Part shown: positions 24,071 to 25,978 of the stretch, one piece after another | How positions within the stretch are numbered: position 1 is the first letter of the stretch | Layout: each line of letters starts with the position of its first letter | From: a virus | Lineage: Duplodnaviria > Caudoviricetes | Length of the DNA: 25,978 bases | Reading direction: 5' to 3' (one strand) | IMG/VR virus record: IMGVR_UViG_3300024253_000012 | Span: 1-25,978 of that record | Translations under genes and position numbers: made by a program | The notes under the pieces: generated by a model | What the model was told of the DNA's origin: nothing | The model's input: only the letters and a program-made list of their open reading frames with translations | Database searches by the model: none

Positions 24071-24807
24071 TCGATCAGGTTTCCTTTCTCGTCGAGCCGC
24101 GGCGCGGGTTTCGGCGGAACGTTCGGGTTAATCTTCTGCGCCGGGGTAATTTCGTCGTCGTAGCTTCCGGCGTTTAGGTATGTAGCGGGGTATGGGATGA
24201 ACTGTCCGTCCTGCTTTTTCCACTCCGGCGTGTTCATGTGCTCGCTGACAGATCCGATCAGCTTGTCGATGGTCGGAGCGTCCTTCGACCGAGCAAGCTT
24301 CTCAAAAGCTCGCCTTGCCGCATCCTTGGATTTCTTCTTAGGGTAGGCGTTCCAAAATTTCTCAAAATCCGAAGGTGCAAGAGTATATGTGTTTATATCT
24401 GGTTTACTATCTGGTAATGGTTGGTCGTTTTTGTCCAATGAGTTGGACGATTCTGTCCAATGGGCGTCTCGTTTTTGTCCAATGACTACACGGTTTTCAA
24501 TGACAGATAAGACGCATTCTTCAAGCGAGAACCAGCGTGTTCTATCCTGCCCGCTTTCGTTGTAGTTGCCGATGATGACCGCGCCGCTCTCCTTAAGGCT
24601 CTGCACAATGCGGTCGATCTTCTTCCTGCTCCAGAACGGGAATATCTCCGTGAACGCCTGTGCGCTGTTGTACGTCCAGTATCGTCCGTCGTGAAAGTGT
24701 TTCTTATTCGCTGCATTATGCTGAATCCAGAAGTACAGATGATTCAGCAGCACCGCTTCTTCTACGCCGTATCGCTCGGCGAGTTTTGTGTTGAATGAGT
24801 AGTCCAT
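24067..24807 (-). CDS. Phage replication initiator
   Basis: GRYWTYNS...FPFWS N-terminal domain; FEKFWNAYPKK...IPYPATYLN C-terminal domain; upstream of helicase; internal iterons. Confidence 0.88.
   Translation of the reverse strand: MDYSFNTKLAERYGVEEAVLLNHLYFWIQHNAANKKHFHDGRYWTYNSAQAFTEIFPFWSRKKIDRIVQSLKESGAVIIGNYNESGQDRTRWFSLEECVLSVIENRVVIGQKRDAHWTESSNSLDKNDQPLPDSKPDINTYTLAPSDFEKFWNAYPKKKSKDAARRAFEKLARSKDAPTIDKLIGSVSEHMNTPEWKKQDGQFIPYPATYLNAGSYDDEITPAQKINPNVPPKPAPRLDEKGNLIE
24421..24485. repeat. Origin iterons (three copies, 22-bp period)
   Basis: TCGTTTTTGTCCAATGA (24425), ACGATTCTGTCCAATGG (24447), TCGTTTTTGTCCAATGA (24469). Confidence 0.85.
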
Positions 24808-24809
24808 GT

Positions 24810-25604
24810 TTATCCGTCTCCTTCAAGAAGATTGAGTTGTGAGTATTCCGGGTTCTTTACCGGGTTAATCATCAGATTCGTTGCCTTTTCAAAGAACGTT
24901 CTGTCGATTTCAAACCCATAAGAATCCCGCTTGAGTTCGTATGCTGCCCGAAGCGTTGTTCCGCTTCCTGCGACCGGGTCAATGACAACGTCTCCTTCGT
25001 CCGTGAATATCTCAATCAAACGCTTGAGAACAGCAACAGGCTTTTGCGTTGGGTGAATTTTCGGATAGTCTTTTGAGCTGTCGCGCCTCCACTCAAACCA
25101 GTTGAAAACCATTTTGCCGTTGTTGTTGAACTTCGGCAGTTTGTCGCGATACAGAACTACGGCATGCTCTGTTGCCCCGACTATCTTCATATTCGCCTTG
25201 AGCACTTGCGCAGAATAGTTCTTGATGAAGAAAATCGGGAAACTGTGCATAAATCCGTACTTCGCTCCATATTCAACGACCATTGGAATTTGGTCGAAAG
25301 AGCAAAACACGATCATGGCCGGGGCTTTTCCGGCTTCCTTTGGCTCTTTGATTAGCAACGTGCTGCAAAAGTGCATATACTCTGCAATTCGGAAATCGTT
25401 GTCCGTGTTAAAGAACGCCTTTCCTGCTTTCTCGCTCTCTCCATTTTTGTTGTCTCCGTCCTTATACCACATCGGGTTGCTCGCATAAGCAGCGTTCCCA
25501 AGGTTGTACGGGATATCCGCTATGACGAGCTGCGCTTTCGGTATGCAGTACCGCTTGAAATTCTGGAAATGGTCTCGGTAAAGCTCGATTTTAGGCTGTC
25601 CCAT
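24810..25604 (-). CDS. Orphan N6-adenine/N4-cytosine DNA methyltransferase (beta class)
   Basis: DIPY catalytic motif precedes HPTQKP and the DPVAGSGTT SAM-binding motif. Confidence 0.92.
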   Translation of the reverse strand: MGQPKIELYRDHFQNFKRYCIPKAQLVIADIPYNLGNAAYASNPMWYKDGDNKNGESEKAGKAFFNTDNDFRIAEYMHFCSTLLIKEPKEAGKAPAMIVFCSFDQIPMVVEYGAKYGFMHSFPIFFIKNYSAQVLKANMKIVGATEHAVVLYRDKLPKFNNNGKMVFNWFEWRRDSSKDYPKIHPTQKPVAVLKRLIEIFTDEGDVVIDPVAGSGTTLRAAYELKRDSYGFEIDRTFFEKATNLMINPVKNPEYSQLNLLEGDG

Positions 25605-25612
25605 ATTTCTCC

Positions 25613-25978
25613 TTAGAACGGGATGTCATCGCTCTGGATGTCGGTGAATCCGGCCATGTCACTTTCAGAAGTGTCTTCCTGCCGATATTCCTGCTGCTTG
25701 GGCGAGAGGAATTCGACCTCGTCCGCCTGCACGTCCAGAGCCATGCGCGTTGTTCCGTCCTTCGCCTCATAGGTGCGCGCCTGCAGTTCGCCGATGACGG
25801 CGACCTTGCGGCCCTTGCTGAGGTAGCGGGCGCACGCTTCGCCCAGCTGACGCCAGGCGTTGATGCGGAAGAAGTCTGTCGGACGCTCTCCGCCCGCGCC
25901 GCTGGCAAAGCGGCGGTTGACCGCGATGGTGAAGGAGCAGACGGTGACGCCGTTGGGCGTGGAACGCACTTCCGGGTC
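25613..25978 (-). CDS. ssb: Single-stranded DNA-binding protein (5' end outside the window)
   Basis: DPEVRSTPNG..V.SFTIAVNR, YLSKGRKV.V.GELQ.R, acidic DDIPF tail. Confidence 0.96.
   Translation of the reverse strand, partial: DPEVRSTPNGVTVCSFTIAVNRRFASGAGGERPTDFFRINAWRQLGEACARYLSKGRKVAVIGELQARTYEAKDGTTRMALDVQADEVEFLSPKQQEYRQEDTSESDMAGFTDIQSDDIPF

Larger units (their letters stand above)
1..25978 (-). mobile_element. Siphophage/prophage segment (replication, accessory, packaging, head, tail modules)
   Basis: Canonical order ssb-rep-DnaB-RusA-small ORFs-regulator-HNH-terS-terL-portal-protease-MCP-neck-MTP-TAC-TMP-Dit, all co-oriented, with ATGA/GTGA/TAATG overlaps. Confidence 0.97.

Noticed and set aside
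24421-24485. Mini-CRISPR interpretation of the 22-bp repeats
   Set aside because: Spacers would be only ~5 nt, and the repeats sit in-frame within a replication initiator, as iterons do
24810-25604. Complete restriction-modification system
   Set aside because: Flanked by ssb and the initiator; the only nucleases seen (RusA, HNH, TerL) have other standard roles

Overview
The whole window is a contiguous piece of a siphophage or prophage with HK97-type morphogenesis, probably from a Clostridia-like Firmicute (inferred from gene families and GGAGG RBS usage). Every credible gene is on the minus strand. In transcription order (right to left): ssb (5'-truncated), a DNA methyltransferase, a replication initiator with internal iterons, DnaB helicase and RusA; about 18 tightly coupled small accessory ORFs built from shared modules; a putative late regulator; a sigma-A-like late promoter followed by a ~285-nt non-coding leader with two terminators; HNH, a cos region, terS, terL, portal, ClpP-type protease and major capsid; head accessory and neck genes; major tail protein; tail chaperone with a -1 slippery site; tape measure; Dit; and the start of the next tail gene. 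No integrase, lysis genes, tRNA, CRISPR array or reverse transcriptase were seen. The most unusual points are the structured double-terminator late leader, direct repeats at gene-end/RBS junctions that bracket accessory genes as cassettes, and a TerL with deviant Walker A and Walker B motifs. All calls come from reading motifs by eye; no searches were run.
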